A stretch of 64,000 bases of DNA from Escherichia coli (lineage in GTDB: Bacteria; Pseudomonadota; Gammaproteobacteria; Enterobacterales; Enterobacteriaceae): NCBI GenBank assembly GCA_025336725.1, contig GCA_025336725.1_3647.1. One strand, 5' to 3'. Within the stretch, counting starts at the first letter, position 1. The number at the start of each line of letters is the position of its first letter. A program made the position numbers and the translations under genes. Shown piece by piece: positions 1 through 10,181 of this stretch. The notes beneath the pieces were generated by a model that made no database searches, was not told the DNA's origin, and saw only the letters and a program-made list of their open reading frames with translations.

Positions 1-158
1 TTGCACATACCAATCGCCATCATCATTACGTAAAAAATATCCGGTGTATGCCGTGTAATCCTCAACCTCCTGAGGAGTCAGCTCCTTGGTCTCCTTGTTG
101 GTGTAGTATTCGCCAGATCCCGGTTGGTAAAGTTTAAACTCTTGAAGTATTTTCATGC
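1..158 (-). CDS. hypothetical protein, 5' part only (continues beyond window start)
   Basis: ATG at 156-158 (minus) preceded by GGAGGA 7 nt upstream; frame stays open to the window edge. Not in the ORF track because it is truncated. Confidence 0.45.
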
Positions 159-170
159 TAGTCCTCCGAT

Positions 171-956
171 CTATGCATAATTAACAGTGATCCATTGACC
201 ATTTACAAGTTTTTGTAAAGGTCCTGCCCAGTAGGTTGAACCACGCATCTCTTTTTTGTCACCGAAATGCCAGCCTGTGACAACGTAGCCGTTGCGGATT
301 GGAGATTCAGAAACGCCGTCCACAAGTCTTGCACCGATTCTGATGTCTTGCACACCTGTCTGCGGGATAGTGATCGTTACATCACCGTTACCGTTAGCCG
401 TCACTCCGTTCACAGAGCGAACCACATTTCTGTTACCTACAACACAGTGCTGGCTTCTTACAACCATACTGTCACAACTTGCACCACCATTAACATATAC
501 TGACCCAGCCGTCAACTGACTGGCAACATTACAGTTGGTGAATGTTGCTGTATTGCTGATAGTAAGGTTATTGCACCTCATGTTATCGACAACTTCAACA
601 TTGCCTACCACTTTCAACAGCGCACGGTTAGCCGTGATCGCGTTAAGGTACATCAAAGTGAACTCTGGATTAATATCCGGCTGAGTTGGCTGGAATCTCC
701 AACGAAACGCATCTACTGTAGATGTGCCACCATCATCAAACGCCCCAGTGTTATCACTTAACCCAAAGTCGAGAGTTGTCTTATCTGGACCGATAGTTGT
801 CTCTATCCAAGCCTTATCTGTCTCGGCAGCTTTAAAGTTGATACGCTGCAAACCTAAGGGGCCTGTCATTGTATCGCCTGTAACTTTTACATACCTGGCG
901 TCTGCCTCTTCCTTAGTAATAATCCCAAGGTTTCTACGGGCAACAGGAATGTTCAA
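171..956 (-). CDS. tail fibre protein (short)
   Basis: 261 aa; N-terminal VTGDTMTGPL motif typical of phage tail fibre shafts; Gly/Asn/Thr/Val-rich beta-type sequence; sits in the fibre cluster. Track start is TTG with no clear RBS, so the true start is uncertain. Confidence 0.5.
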   Translation of the reverse strand: MNIPVARRNLGIITKEEADARYVKVTGDTMTGPLGLQRINFKAAETDKAWIETTIGPDKTTLDFGLSDNTGAFDDGGTSTVDAFRWRFQPTQPDINPEFTLMYLNAITANRALLKVVGNVEVVDNMRCNNLTISNTATFTNCNVASQLTAGSVYVNGGASCDSMVVRSQHCVVGNRNVVRSVNGVTANGNGDVTITIPQTGVQDIRIGARLVDGVSESPIRNGYVVTGWHFGDKKEMRGSTYWAGPLQKLVNGQWITVNYA

Positions 957-971
957 AAATCGCTCAGGTTA

Positions 972-990
972 TTATCACGTATTGTGATAA
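972..990. promoter_or_regulatory. perfect inverted repeat TTATCAC-N5-GTGATAA in intergenic gap
   Basis: Seen directly in the 62-nt gap between two fibre-cluster genes; 7-bp arms. Function unknown (operator-like site or RNA hairpin). Confidence 0.3.
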
Positions 991-1018
991 CGGCCCTCTG
1001 TAAGGTGGGATCTGCTCG

Positions 1019-1213
1019 TCAGCAATATATTTTGCCCAAGTCCCGGAGCATATTGAAAATATAGTTAAGTTCTTCACATGACGGCTTTTGACCAAGATCC
1101 CAACCTTTTCTCCACAAATCATCAATCGGGCGTAGCCTGTTCTGTCTGTGGGTGTTAGGCAGAACCTGATCCTCCTCTGCCCAAATCTCTAATGGAAAAC
1201 TAGGTTTTGACAT
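1019..1213 (-). CDS. hypothetical small protein
   Basis: 64 aa ORF; ATG preceded by AGGAG 5 nt upstream; start overlaps the stop of the upstream gene (translational coupling). Confidence 0.45.
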   Translation of the reverse strand: MSKPSFPLEIWAEEDQVLPNTHRQNRLRPIDDLWRKGWDLGQKPSCEELNYIFNMLRDLGKIYC

Positions 1214-1225
1214 TTTATCTCCTGA

Positions 1226-3298
1226 TTATGAGAAGTCTGGCGGGACAACATCTTCTACATACCCTTTCAGAGCAACCTGCCCCATATGAAGCACGGTAGA
1301 ATCTCTGGCGGTAACAGTGATGCTGTCAGACATTACTTGCGGGTATGCCCACACATACTGTTTTACCTCAGGGTATCTATACTCTATGGTTGCCATGTTC
1401 CCGCAGATACATCTCCATAAAAATTCTTGGTAATTCCTGGTTGGGTCGTAGCCATATACCGGAGCAAGCTCTTTGCTAGGAACGAACCCTGCAAGGTATT
1501 GTATTTCAGACGGTTGCCAACCTAACTTAACGATAGGTATGTTTACAGACTCTTTTGCCTTTTCAATACCACCCTGCATCACCCAATCGTAGCACTCAGT
1601 GCAGAAGAAATCAAGAGCACCTGCTTCCTTTTTATATTGGTCAGCAAGGTTCAGCTTTTGCGTAAGCTCGGTTTCCATAATGGTCGGAAAAAACAGCAAA
1701 GCTGTCATCTGAGCCGATGCAGCGTGTGCTTTTATTGCCTTTGAAATAGCTGCAATACGAGCGCCAAGCTTACCACGACAAAATGCTACATACTTGTCAT
1801 AAACACCACCAGTTTTAGGATCGTCAATAGTCCCAATATCTAATGCATACTCGCCTGTCTCATCATAAAACGCCTGTTTTGTAGGGTAATCATAAATACA
1901 AGGTCTACGAGTATCGGTATTGTACCACCACCATGGTTCACCAACCTGCATAATCACTGGCAGGTTGTTTCTCATAGCGGCTGATGCAAAATTCTTAAAT
2001 ACTGCAGTAAGGAAATTCATACCCTCTTCAATGGTTGGAGACAGGAGGTAGCTACAAGGTGTATACCCTGTTTTAGCGTAGTTATCGTTCCAGTCTCTTT
2101 GGGTCCATTCCAACGGACAGGCATCGCTGAAAAGCTCAAAACTTACAGATTGCATAACGTCGAAGTTATGTCGTTTGGCATTGTACATAAAATCATCATG
2201 CCATTTATAAGCTGCAGCGTTTAGAGCTCCTGTTTTGTTTATAGACCATTGGGTTCCTGACCATGTGTAGTCATAATAATGGCTCATACCAACATAATGG
2301 TTTATGGTTCCTGTATAGCCCAGACGCTTGATATTGCTCAACACCCTTAAAGGGGATACGTTCCACATATCGTCATATGCGGTGCAGATCCCAACGTCAT
2401 GCTCTTTCACTTGAATATTGTTAAGTTGCATCATTTTCCAACCTGTGTCTGGCTGAAGCAGATCTAGGCGCAACTCACACTCTACATTTTCCGTTCTTGG
2501 GTCTGTGCTATTGCTTACCCAATCTTTAGGCATAAGCGGTATTAAAATCCTTCTCACCTGTCGAGGATCAACACCCATCATGTTGTTGTTCTGGTCCATC
2601 CCGACGCAGTCCTCGAAATCAATATGAATTTCTGCAACATTCTTATCCTCTGAGATGCTGACAGCATATTGAGCTAAAGGAACATAGATGATTGTGCCAT
2701 CAACAAGGTCTACAGTCATAATCATCTTTTCAGGGGTGGAGAAGTTGCTGGCATTAGTTATTGACATTCTGAACCAAAGCTTGGTGTTTCTCATCTCATA
2801 GTGATCATCAAATCCAATGCCGAAATGGTCATACTTGTCAACTGTTTCCCAAATGCACCCAGCCATGCCTCCATATGTTCTTGACACTAAACGGTTAATA
2901 CAGCAGTTATTATCCGCAACAATACAGGTGCTTTCAGTCTGCTGTGTGTTTGTAACCCAATATCTTGGGTGAAACATTCTCTCCTCAACGGTATCCCAAG
3001 ATATTCTGTCAAGATTCTCATCTGAAACTATTGTACATTTTGCTCTTTGTGTTCCAATCATAACCCCTTGGGAGTTTGATGAAAACTCCATAAAGAAGCT
3101 TCTTGGCAACCTGTTTGGCAATTTGTCAACAATTTCTACAGGAATCTCAATACTGGTTGCCCCAACCGGGATAGTTACATCGCCCTCAACATGATCATAA
3201 TCCCTACCTGGAACGGCAGTATCTTGAACTGTGCGATAATGAAACCGTGCAGCCATTGTAGAGTAATCACGGTAAGGTTTAAAAACAGCTATTGCCAT
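1226..3298 (-). CDS. tail fibre/tailspike-like protein with Calx-beta-like N-terminal motif
   Basis: 690 aa; N-terminus contains GRDYDHVEGDVTIPVGATSIEIPVEIVDK resembling Calx-beta repeats; large Trp/Tyr-rich C-terminal domain; located between an I-like baseplate gene and a short fibre gene. Confidence 0.4.
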   Translation of the reverse strand: MAIAVFKPYRDYSTMAARFHYRTVQDTAVPGRDYDHVEGDVTIPVGATSIEIPVEIVDKLPNRLPRSFFMEFSSNSQGVMIGTQRAKCTIVSDENLDRISWDTVEERMFHPRYWVTNTQQTESTCIVADNNCCINRLVSRTYGGMAGCIWETVDKYDHFGIGFDDHYEMRNTKLWFRMSITNASNFSTPEKMIMTVDLVDGTIIYVPLAQYAVSISEDKNVAEIHIDFEDCVGMDQNNNMMGVDPRQVRRILIPLMPKDWVSNSTDPRTENVECELRLDLLQPDTGWKMMQLNNIQVKEHDVGICTAYDDMWNVSPLRVLSNIKRLGYTGTINHYVGMSHYYDYTWSGTQWSINKTGALNAAAYKWHDDFMYNAKRHNFDVMQSVSFELFSDACPLEWTQRDWNDNYAKTGYTPCSYLLSPTIEEGMNFLTAVFKNFASAAMRNNLPVIMQVGEPWWWYNTDTRRPCIYDYPTKQAFYDETGEYALDIGTIDDPKTGGVYDKYVAFCRGKLGARIAAISKAIKAHAASAQMTALLFFPTIMETELTQKLNLADQYKKEAGALDFFCTECYDWVMQGGIEKAKESVNIPIVKLGWQPSEIQYLAGFVPSKELAPVYGYDPTRNYQEFLWRCICGNMATIEYRYPEVKQYVWAYPQVMSDSITVTARDSTVLHMGQVALKGYVEDVVPPDFS

Positions 3299-3984
3299 TA
3301 ACCCTCCTGTCTAGTTGCGTTTACTGTAATACTTTCACAATAAATAGTTGTGGTGTCCCAATCAGGTCTTACGTCAGGAACATACAGCAAAGTAGCCAGC
3401 CCACCAACTCCGAACTGGTTTTCTTCCCATACTGATCCGAAGCCAAGAGCTGTGGAGTCTCCTTCAAAACCAAAAGCTTGCCCTTGCGATTCTGTAAGAC
3501 GCAAATGACAAGGCAATGGCAGCATATCTAAGATCTGATCGATGGACTGCAATATGTCAAAGCAGGTTTTTCTAATGTTTATGTCAAATCTAAAGTTGTC
3601 ACCTTTCCACGTATCGAAATTATCTCTTCCGAACAATTGTCGCAAGGTTGAGATGACATCTTCACGAGTCCCGCCCCTCGATGCTGCTGCCTGCTGAATA
3701 ATTAGGGTAGCACGAAAATCAGCATCTGAAAGCCCATTCCGAAGAATACCGAGTTGATTACCAACTTCGTCAAGGTATCTTCCGCTGGCATTGTTAAGCA
3801 ATCTTCCTTCAGCTAAGCCTACCAGCATCTTATCAACATTCTCCAACCTTTTAAGGTACACGGTTAAGAATGTGACTAAATTAACCTTCTCAGCCAGAAA
3901 ATCTCCAGGTAGGTAGTCAAGACCTCCCTGAACAAAATCTGGCAGAGTGTGGATGTGGTTGACATCCGACTTAATCTCTGCCAT
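3298..3984 (-). CDS. baseplate protein (P2 gpI / Mu gp48-like, DUF2313-type)
   Basis: 228 aa; central region LENVDKMLVGLAEGRLLNNASGRYLDEVGNQLGI...ATLIIQQAAASRGGTREDV fits the conserved pattern of I-like baseplate proteins; lies directly downstream of a J-like gene as in P2/Mu. Confidence 0.4.
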   Translation of the reverse strand: MAEIKSDVNHIHTLPDFVQGGLDYLPGDFLAEKVNLVTFLTVYLKRLENVDKMLVGLAEGRLLNNASGRYLDEVGNQLGILRNGLSDADFRATLIIQQAAASRGGTREDVISTLRQLFGRDNFDTWKGDNFRFDINIRKTCFDILQSIDQILDMLPLPCHLRLTESQGQAFGFEGDSTALGFGSVWEENQFGVGGLATLLYVPDVRPDWDTTTIYCESITVNATRQEG

Positions 3985-3995
3985 ATCTCGCCGCC

Positions 3996-5516
3996 TTAAA
4001 TAGTTTGTTGGAAAGTTATATTACTTTCGTCGAGGTCAAACACTTCGGTCATGTTTGCAACAACATCGTTTGTAGTGTAAGCTTCGTCAGAGGCTCCCAC
4101 AGGTTTAACTTGAATTACAAGTCTGTTAAATCTGCCTATTGACACAGCAGCCGATGCAGCGCCAACTAATTGGATATTATACAACGTGTCTGCAACATCC
4201 AAGCCGTTAACAACCTGCAAAAGAGCCTCTGTAATGGCATCTTTTTCGGTAGTGGAAAGTGCAGCACCCGAGTAAGTAATTCTCATATCCAAGCGGTAAG
4301 TGTTTGCCTTAGAATAATAAATCCTTTCAGTCTGACCGTCTGATGTGGTAATATCGTAGAAGATATTCCCATAAGTTCTGTTTGTGCAAGCTATGGTTTG
4401 ATACAGCGCTTGACAAATATCCTCTGTTGCACCACCAAACACTACCACTTGAAATTTGTAAGGTGGTATACCTTTCGCATCCGTTTTATCGGTGTTGTTA
4501 GAGAACACTCTTACTTTCTCAACACCTTTCACTTCGCTTACAGCGCTAAGGATTGCAGGGCGGGTAGCTTTAGATGTCAACTGTTTAGTGCTGGAGGCTC
4601 TTAGGCGGTACTCTGAGTCTTTCTCAACATCTCTGCCCTCATTGAATCTTTCTCGGTTGGTAAGCTTGATAAATCCGCTGGGGGTAGGTGACATTGTTGT
4701 TACAGTTTCTGCCTCTCTTGACAGCTCGCCTGCCTCATTAGCAATAACATCCAAAGTGATAGTTCTTTCCCCTACAATCGGGGATACTCTGAAATCTACT
4801 CTACTATTAAGTCCAACTTGATCAAGATTTGAATTGTACCCTATCCACAACGTTCCTGTCAACATATCGATCTGAATCAAATCGTCGTTCAACAGGGTTG
4901 TATTATCGACAATGAATTGCTTAATCTCTCCGTAAAAGCTTGGCAAATCAGAAGAGTCCAGAGACTTATCTGTTAAAACCAGACTTTTTGTTTTGATACT
5001 TCCATCTGTCTGGTTGGTAATTTGAAAGTTGTATTTCCCAATTCTTAGATCTGGAGCATTTATTCTGTGAGCAATAAGATTCCCTGCTACTTGCACATCA
5101 TTGCTAAGAACAAAGTTGCCACTATCCAGCGTATAAGTTTTGGAATCGTAAATCATATTGTACGGCACAGTTGTGTTGATCGTCAACTGGCAGGTACCTG
5201 ATGATTTAGAACGGCCTCTTCGGTAAATACCCTGTCTTCCAAGAAGTTCGTCTAGGTAAATACCTTCTGCCCCATACAGCGTCTGTGATGCGTATACAGA
5301 TGCTGCCATAAGAATAAGTTGATACTCTCGCTCGTTGAAGATAGTGGTCAGCTTATCCGCAACGGAGTTACTCTGTACGTTGAAGTTTTCGCCAAAAGCA
5401 CGGATCAGGCTTTGCTTAGTTTCAACGATTAGGTCATTTAGGGTTGGTATAACGAAACCAGCCTCTGTCAATCCATACTTAGCCACGTCACTCCTCCGGT
5501 ATGAAAATCTATACAA
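3996..5516 (-). CDS. baseplate wedge protein (J-like)
   Basis: 506 aa; gene order V-like ... J-like, I-like, fibre matches the P2/Mu baseplate module. Assignment by position and size only. Confidence 0.35.
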   Translation of the reverse strand: MYRFSYRRSDVAKYGLTEAGFVIPTLNDLIVETKQSLIRAFGENFNVQSNSVADKLTTIFNEREYQLILMAASVYASQTLYGAEGIYLDELLGRQGIYRRGRSKSSGTCQLTINTTVPYNMIYDSKTYTLDSGNFVLSNDVQVAGNLIAHRINAPDLRIGKYNFQITNQTDGSIKTKSLVLTDKSLDSSDLPSFYGEIKQFIVDNTTLLNDDLIQIDMLTGTLWIGYNSNLDQVGLNSRVDFRVSPIVGERTITLDVIANEAGELSREAETVTTMSPTPSGFIKLTNRERFNEGRDVEKDSEYRLRASSTKQLTSKATRPAILSAVSEVKGVEKVRVFSNNTDKTDAKGIPPYKFQVVVFGGATEDICQALYQTIACTNRTYGNIFYDITTSDGQTERIYYSKANTYRLDMRITYSGAALSTTEKDAITEALLQVVNGLDVADTLYNIQLVGAASAAVSIGRFNRLVIQVKPVGASDEAYTTNDVVANMTEVFDLDESNITFQQTI

Positions 5517-5552
5517 GGTATTTTACCAAATTTTGTAACAATAGTCAATCTG

Positions 5553-5582
5553 AGCATAAAAATAAACCCCGCCGAAGCGGGG
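5553..5582 (-). terminator. rho-independent terminator
   Basis: Minus-strand hairpin CCCCGC-CGAA-GCGGGG (5567-5582) followed by UUUAUUUUUAU on the transcript; lies between the large fibre gene and the J-like gene. Confidence 0.7.
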
Positions 5583-5591
5583 CTTTAAAGG

Positions 5592-6144
5592 TTAGTCGTG
5601 AGACTCGTTCCAAGGTCCCTGGAAGCTTGAGTTAGAACGGCTTACCACAACAGTAGGACAGGATATTGCGACCCCTGTTACAGAAGACGTTGACCATGGT
5701 GTGTAGATTTCAACAACAATATCTATGGTTTGTTCACCAAGACCTGTTATCCCTACCGCACACATGCCGTTGTTGTCGTTTCCGTATTTCTTACCTGCAA
5801 GGATTTGATGTCCGGCTATCCAAACGTTGAGCTGGGGTTTCGGCAAGAGTAGCCATTCAGTTTAAAGAAGAATGTTACGTTCTTACCCTGACCTGAAACG
5901 TTATCTACGTATCTCCACCTCCAACGGCAAACCCTTTGCTTGGGAGTTATATACTGGAGCACAATCCCCGTAAGTCCCTGTGTGTGCAACAATTGCACCG
6001 AACTGGTTAGCACGGATAACAGAAGCTTCTACACGACCACGGAAGGTATCTCCGGTTGCATCTATGGTGCCTCTAAAGCTACCATTATTGGCATAAATAT
6101 CCCCACGGAAGGTACCACTAGTGGCGTTAACTGCCCCCGTGAAG
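5592..6144 (-). CDS. C-terminal continuation of the large tail fibre gene, split over shifted frames
   Basis: Just past the stop of the 1199-aa ORF, a shifted frame reads ...SGNFTGAVNATSGTFRGDIYANNGSFRGTIDATGDTFRGRVEASVIRANQFGAIVAHTGTYGD... and continues into the track ORFs 5816-6013 and 5592-5846; no intergenic signals in this stretch. Confidence 0.45.
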
Positions 6145-9100
6145 TTACCAGAACTGGCGTTGAGCGTTGCCTTTCACCCACACATCCATAAATTGGGGCG
6201 TGCCCGTTCTTGTTAATATACCAACCGTATTTATGGTACTTCCGTTGCCATCGTAGTTGTTTGACGAAATCTCCTGTGCAATCTTGGCTGAAGAGATCGT
6301 GCCATTTTCTATGAAGGCATCTTTCAAGAACGCTTGGTTGTTCTTGATTGCGAAAGCAAGGGTTGCTGTTCCGTTTCCAGGGTTATATACCGCAAAATTG
6401 TTTGCACTAACCATAAAGTAGGATTGAACTTGGCCCCCAGACCCTTCCATCCCCAACTGGATACCTGCAACATATTTATTCCCTGCGGAGTCCACCTGTA
6501 TTTTTGTGCCCCACTGAGCGTTTACTTTACCCTCTAAGTCGGTTACAGCCTTAGATGTTGTAGCTACTGCAGCCCTGATCTCGGACACATCTCCAACATC
6601 ATCAATGATCTCCTGCTTAGCAACAGCAAGTTCTTGACGAATAGCTGACGCTGTTCCGTTAATCAGGTCAACAGTGGCCTGATTAGTTTCAGAAATATTT
6701 GCAGACAAATCTTTCTTAGCTTGGGTAAGCTTATTATCCAACCCCGTAATATTGTTGGTGTTGGTTGTAATCTGCCCTTTAGCAGAGGTTAATTGTTCAG
6801 ATAAGGCTGCAGTTTTCTGATTCAGCAGGTCCGTTGTGGCCTTGTTGGTGGTAGAGATCAATGTATTGAGATCAGATTTAGTGGTGTTGATCTTGCCATC
6901 TAGAGTGGTGTAGTTTTTAGATACCGTGGCGTTAGTCTGGCTAATCTTCTGGTCAAGAGTCTGAGAAGTTCTATTCAGCAAATCCACAGTGGCCTGATTG
7001 GTGCTCAGAATGCTTGCATCCAGCTCAGATCTCTGAGTATTCAACTTACCTTCCAGGCTCTTATCTCCAGCCAGATATCCTTTTTCAACATCACCGATCT
7101 GCTCGGTTAGCTCACCTTGTGCAGCAACCAGTTTTTCATCCAACGCATCTGTTTTCTTGTTAAGAAGATCAGTGGTGGATTTGTTGGTTGTCTCAATCAA
7201 CGACGACAGTTTGGCACTCTCATTATTCAAGTTGTTGGTCAACTCACCTTTCGTTGCCGTCAGCTTATTGTCCAGTGCCTCGGTTTTCCGATTAAGGAGA
7301 TCTGTAGTCGTCTTATTGGTTGATACAATCAGAGAGTTCAGCTCAGAGCTTTCCTGTGCTAAAGCATCTTCCAACTCCCCCCTTGTTGAAACAATCTTCT
7401 CGTCCAAAGCTTCAGTTTTCTGATTTAGCAGATCGGTTGTAGCTTTGTTAGTGGTCTGGATTAGAGAAGTCAGCTTGCCACTTTCTTTAGAAAGATCATC
7501 TGCAAACTTGTTCTGAGTGGCTACCAGTTTCTGGTCTAGAGTGGTAAGCGTTCCATTAACGTCCTGGAAGTTGTCGTGGGTTTCTTGGATGAATATTCCA
7601 ACCCTATCCCCCAACTGAGCATACAGCTTGTCTACTCTAGAGAACTCACCTTCCATGTGGTCAAAAGCCTCGTCAACTCTACCATCCATGTACCTGTTAA
7701 GTTCTGTGACACGATTTTCAACCTCTTCAATAGAGGAATCCAAAGTGCTCATCAACTCTTTATAAGTTTCTGTCTTTTTGAATTCAGCATCTATCTGAGG
7801 CATCAAATCCTCGATAGAGGTGTAGCAGCGTGCAGCGCATTCTACAAACTGAGAGCTACCAAAAGCGTTTGTGGTTCGAATATACCAATAATAAACCTTA
7901 TCGTTCTGCAGGCCTTCAGATGTCCAAGTTGAACCAACACCCATACGGGTGGCGTTTGAAGTAACGGTTGCATCGCTGGTGTCGGGCAACCTTGTCATAC
8001 CAGATGTCCAAAAGTCATACTGGGTGCTTACACTTGCTAAATCCCTGCTGTGTGGAATCAAGGTGATAGCAAAGTATCCCTGCTTAACCTCTACAGAAAC
8101 AGGAGCTTCAGGTGCCTGAATGTTAAACTCGCAGTACGCTTCTGGAGATACACCACCTTTATAAGATGTTGCAACCACGGTTGCTGTGTATGATCCTTTG
8201 GTCAAGCCTTCTACTCGGACAAACTGCTCAACTGTCTGTGCTGTCCAAACAATCTCTCCGTTCTTTCTTACCTGCACAATATTTTGAGCGTAAGTTCCAA
8301 CGTTGTCCCAAGCCAAAACACCGTGAGTTACTTCCCCGGCTTGGAGAACGGAATACCTGAAGTTTTGCGGTTGAGCTACACCAGATGGAGATATCGGAAT
8401 ATCTACATTACCAGAGTCCGGAAGTTGTCCTGTGGCATCATTCCACTCTTTAGCATCTTGACGGAGTTTTACCTTGACACCACCCTTTTTAGTAAACTCC
8501 CATTCAAGAACCCTCATTTCTTGGCCCACTATACCAATACTTGGGAGGTTCATTGTAACGTAACGACCAGGTTTAAATTTAAAACCTCGCATATTGCAGG
8601 TGACTTCAATAATCCTGCCAGCTCTAGCGCGTCTTAAGAAGATTGCAGAAACACGCTGGGCTTGATAAGGGCTGGTAACAAAGCGATAGTCTATATCGAT
8701 TATCTTTCTTTCTCCATCCTTCTCTATCCACTCTGGGACAAACACTGATGGAAAATCTGTTTCAGAATATCCTTTGGTCGGGCTAGTGAATCTGCCAGTT
8801 ATTGTGTTGGATCTTTTGTCAAACGAGGCTTCCGGATAGATCTTAACCTCACCACAGACACAGTCCTCACTCAGTGTCATTGTTGCAGGGCCATAGTATG
8901 CACCAACCAGCAAACCATACTTACCAGCAACATAACTAAGATCTGCACCACAGGCTTTCAGCATTTCTGCCATAATACTTGCTGGGGCCTCATCCATGTC
9001 GAACTCACCGTTAATTGTGTAACGTCGCTCACTGGTTCCGTCAGCGTTTTTTACCGCCTCGTCGCATATGTTGGCAGCCTCCTTGAAGGACTCCCAGTTG

Positions 9101-9744
9101 ATGGTCTCGTCAGGACATTTAAGGTACGTTCTTAAATAGTCTAGGATCACCAAGGCAGCGTTATTGGTATACACCTCTTTACTGATACGAGGATCATAGC
9201 ATTTTTTACCAACCTTGACGAGTGTGACGTTTGGCAACCCAAAAGGAAACTTGTTAGGGTCAAACTTGAAGCTGGCACGTAGCCAACTGATCCCTCTACC
9301 TATCATGTCTGGTGACCAAGATGGGCAGTGTGTCCCCATGAAAGGATCAGCTGTTTTTCTGTCGTTATGTAGCTCCCACGATACCAAATCTCCATACGAG
9401 GAAATAGGATTACCATCGATAAGTATATCTTCTATACCTTCCAGAGGGTGATTGGCAAGAACAATAGCACAATGAAGAGTTTTGTCTCTATCCTGCTCCA
9501 AAAACGCAAGCAATCCGGATGTGCGTGTCTTACCATACACTACAGAGCAAGGTGCAGCAGAAGATCTGAGAAGCTTTTGTCTATCTTGCTGACTTCTGTA
9601 AGATTTGTTGCCCTCAAAAATCTTATCCAGAGTTCTGGTGGTAACAGTGTTCAGGCTGTCAGCCAGAGCTGCCTTGGATGCGTTCCAGTCATAACTTGAA
9701 GATCTTGCAGAAGCAACGATGTTATCAATCATTGCAATTGGCAT
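6145..9744 (-). CDS. large tail fibre / host-specificity protein (lambda gpJ-like C-terminal domain, coiled-coil repeats)
   Basis: 1199 aa; central ~40-aa repeats (xLxSLIxTTNKxTTDLLNxKTxALDxKL) predicted coiled coil; fibronectin-III-like segment; C-terminal YFMVSANNFAVYNPGNG...AFIENGTISSAKI as in gpJ-type fibres. The ORF is truncated by a frameshift at about 6145. Confidence 0.6.
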   Translation of the reverse strand: MPIAMIDNIVASARSSSYDWNASKAALADSLNTVTTRTLDKIFEGNKSYRSQQDRQKLLRSSAAPCSVVYGKTRTSGLLAFLEQDRDKTLHCAIVLANHPLEGIEDILIDGNPISSYGDLVSWELHNDRKTADPFMGTHCPSWSPDMIGRGISWLRASFKFDPNKFPFGLPNVTLVKVGKKCYDPRISKEVYTNNAALVILDYLRTYLKCPDETINWESFKEAANICDEAVKNADGTSERRYTINGEFDMDEAPASIMAEMLKACGADLSYVAGKYGLLVGAYYGPATMTLSEDCVCGEVKIYPEASFDKRSNTITGRFTSPTKGYSETDFPSVFVPEWIEKDGERKIIDIDYRFVTSPYQAQRVSAIFLRRARAGRIIEVTCNMRGFKFKPGRYVTMNLPSIGIVGQEMRVLEWEFTKKGGVKVKLRQDAKEWNDATGQLPDSGNVDIPISPSGVAQPQNFRYSVLQAGEVTHGVLAWDNVGTYAQNIVQVRKNGEIVWTAQTVEQFVRVEGLTKGSYTATVVATSYKGGVSPEAYCEFNIQAPEAPVSVEVKQGYFAITLIPHSRDLASVSTQYDFWTSGMTRLPDTSDATVTSNATRMGVGSTWTSEGLQNDKVYYWYIRTTNAFGSSQFVECAARCYTSIEDLMPQIDAEFKKTETYKELMSTLDSSIEEVENRVTELNRYMDGRVDEAFDHMEGEFSRVDKLYAQLGDRVGIFIQETHDNFQDVNGTLTTLDQKLVATQNKFADDLSKESGKLTSLIQTTNKATTDLLNQKTEALDEKIVSTRGELEDALAQESSELNSLIVSTNKTTTDLLNRKTEALDNKLTATKGELTNNLNNESAKLSSLIETTNKSTTDLLNKKTDALDEKLVAAQGELTEQIGDVEKGYLAGDKSLEGKLNTQRSELDASILSTNQATVDLLNRTSQTLDQKISQTNATVSKNYTTLDGKINTTKSDLNTLISTTNKATTDLLNQKTAALSEQLTSAKGQITTNTNNITGLDNKLTQAKKDLSANISETNQATVDLINGTASAIRQELAVAKQEIIDDVGDVSEIRAAVATTSKAVTDLEGKVNAQWGTKIQVDSAGNKYVAGIQLGMEGSGGQVQSYFMVSANNFAVYNPGNGTATLAFAIKNNQAFLKDAFIENGTISSAKIAQEISSNNYDGNGSTINTVGILTRTGTPQFMDVWVKGNAQRQFW

Positions 9745-10181
9745 TAATACCTCCAGACATCAACAACGATAGAATCTTTCATGTCGAACATAAAGACCCC
9801 TTTATCACCTTTCGCCCAAATCTGGTTGTTCCAGAACACACCAGCGGTGAGCCCGTTCAGACCTTCGAAAATAACAATATCTCCACGCTGAACCTGCTTA
9901 GGAGTGTCCAGTCGAGTCATAAAGAAATCAAAAATAGTAGGCAGGTGTGTAGTTTTGAAACGAAGCATGCACCATCTTTTGCTTTCCAACTCTGTTTTAT
10001 ACGTCCCTTCGAAGTTAGAAAGAAAATCTGTTCCGTATTGGGCATCAACACACTTAGCTGCAAAGGTGCAACAATCGTGGAATCCCCATTCAAAAGGTAT
10101 GGTGGCCTCCTCGTCAAACACTTTCCACAATCTTTCTTGCCAATCCACTAAACGAGGGTGTGTGCTCATTAAACCTCCCAA
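9744..10181 (-). CDS. tail-associated protein with Cys/His motif (possible NlpC/P60-like or assembly factor)
   Basis: 145 aa; FEWGFHDCCTF...QRGDIVIFEG motif; directly upstream of the large fibre gene and translationally coupled to it. Confidence 0.3.
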   Translation of the reverse strand: MGGLMSTHPRLVDWQERLWKVFDEEATIPFEWGFHDCCTFAAKCVDAQYGTDFLSNFEGTYKTELESKRWCMLRFKTTHLPTIFDFFMTRLDTPKQVQRGDIVIFEGLNGLTAGVFWNNQIWAKGDKGVFMFDMKDSIVVDVWRY

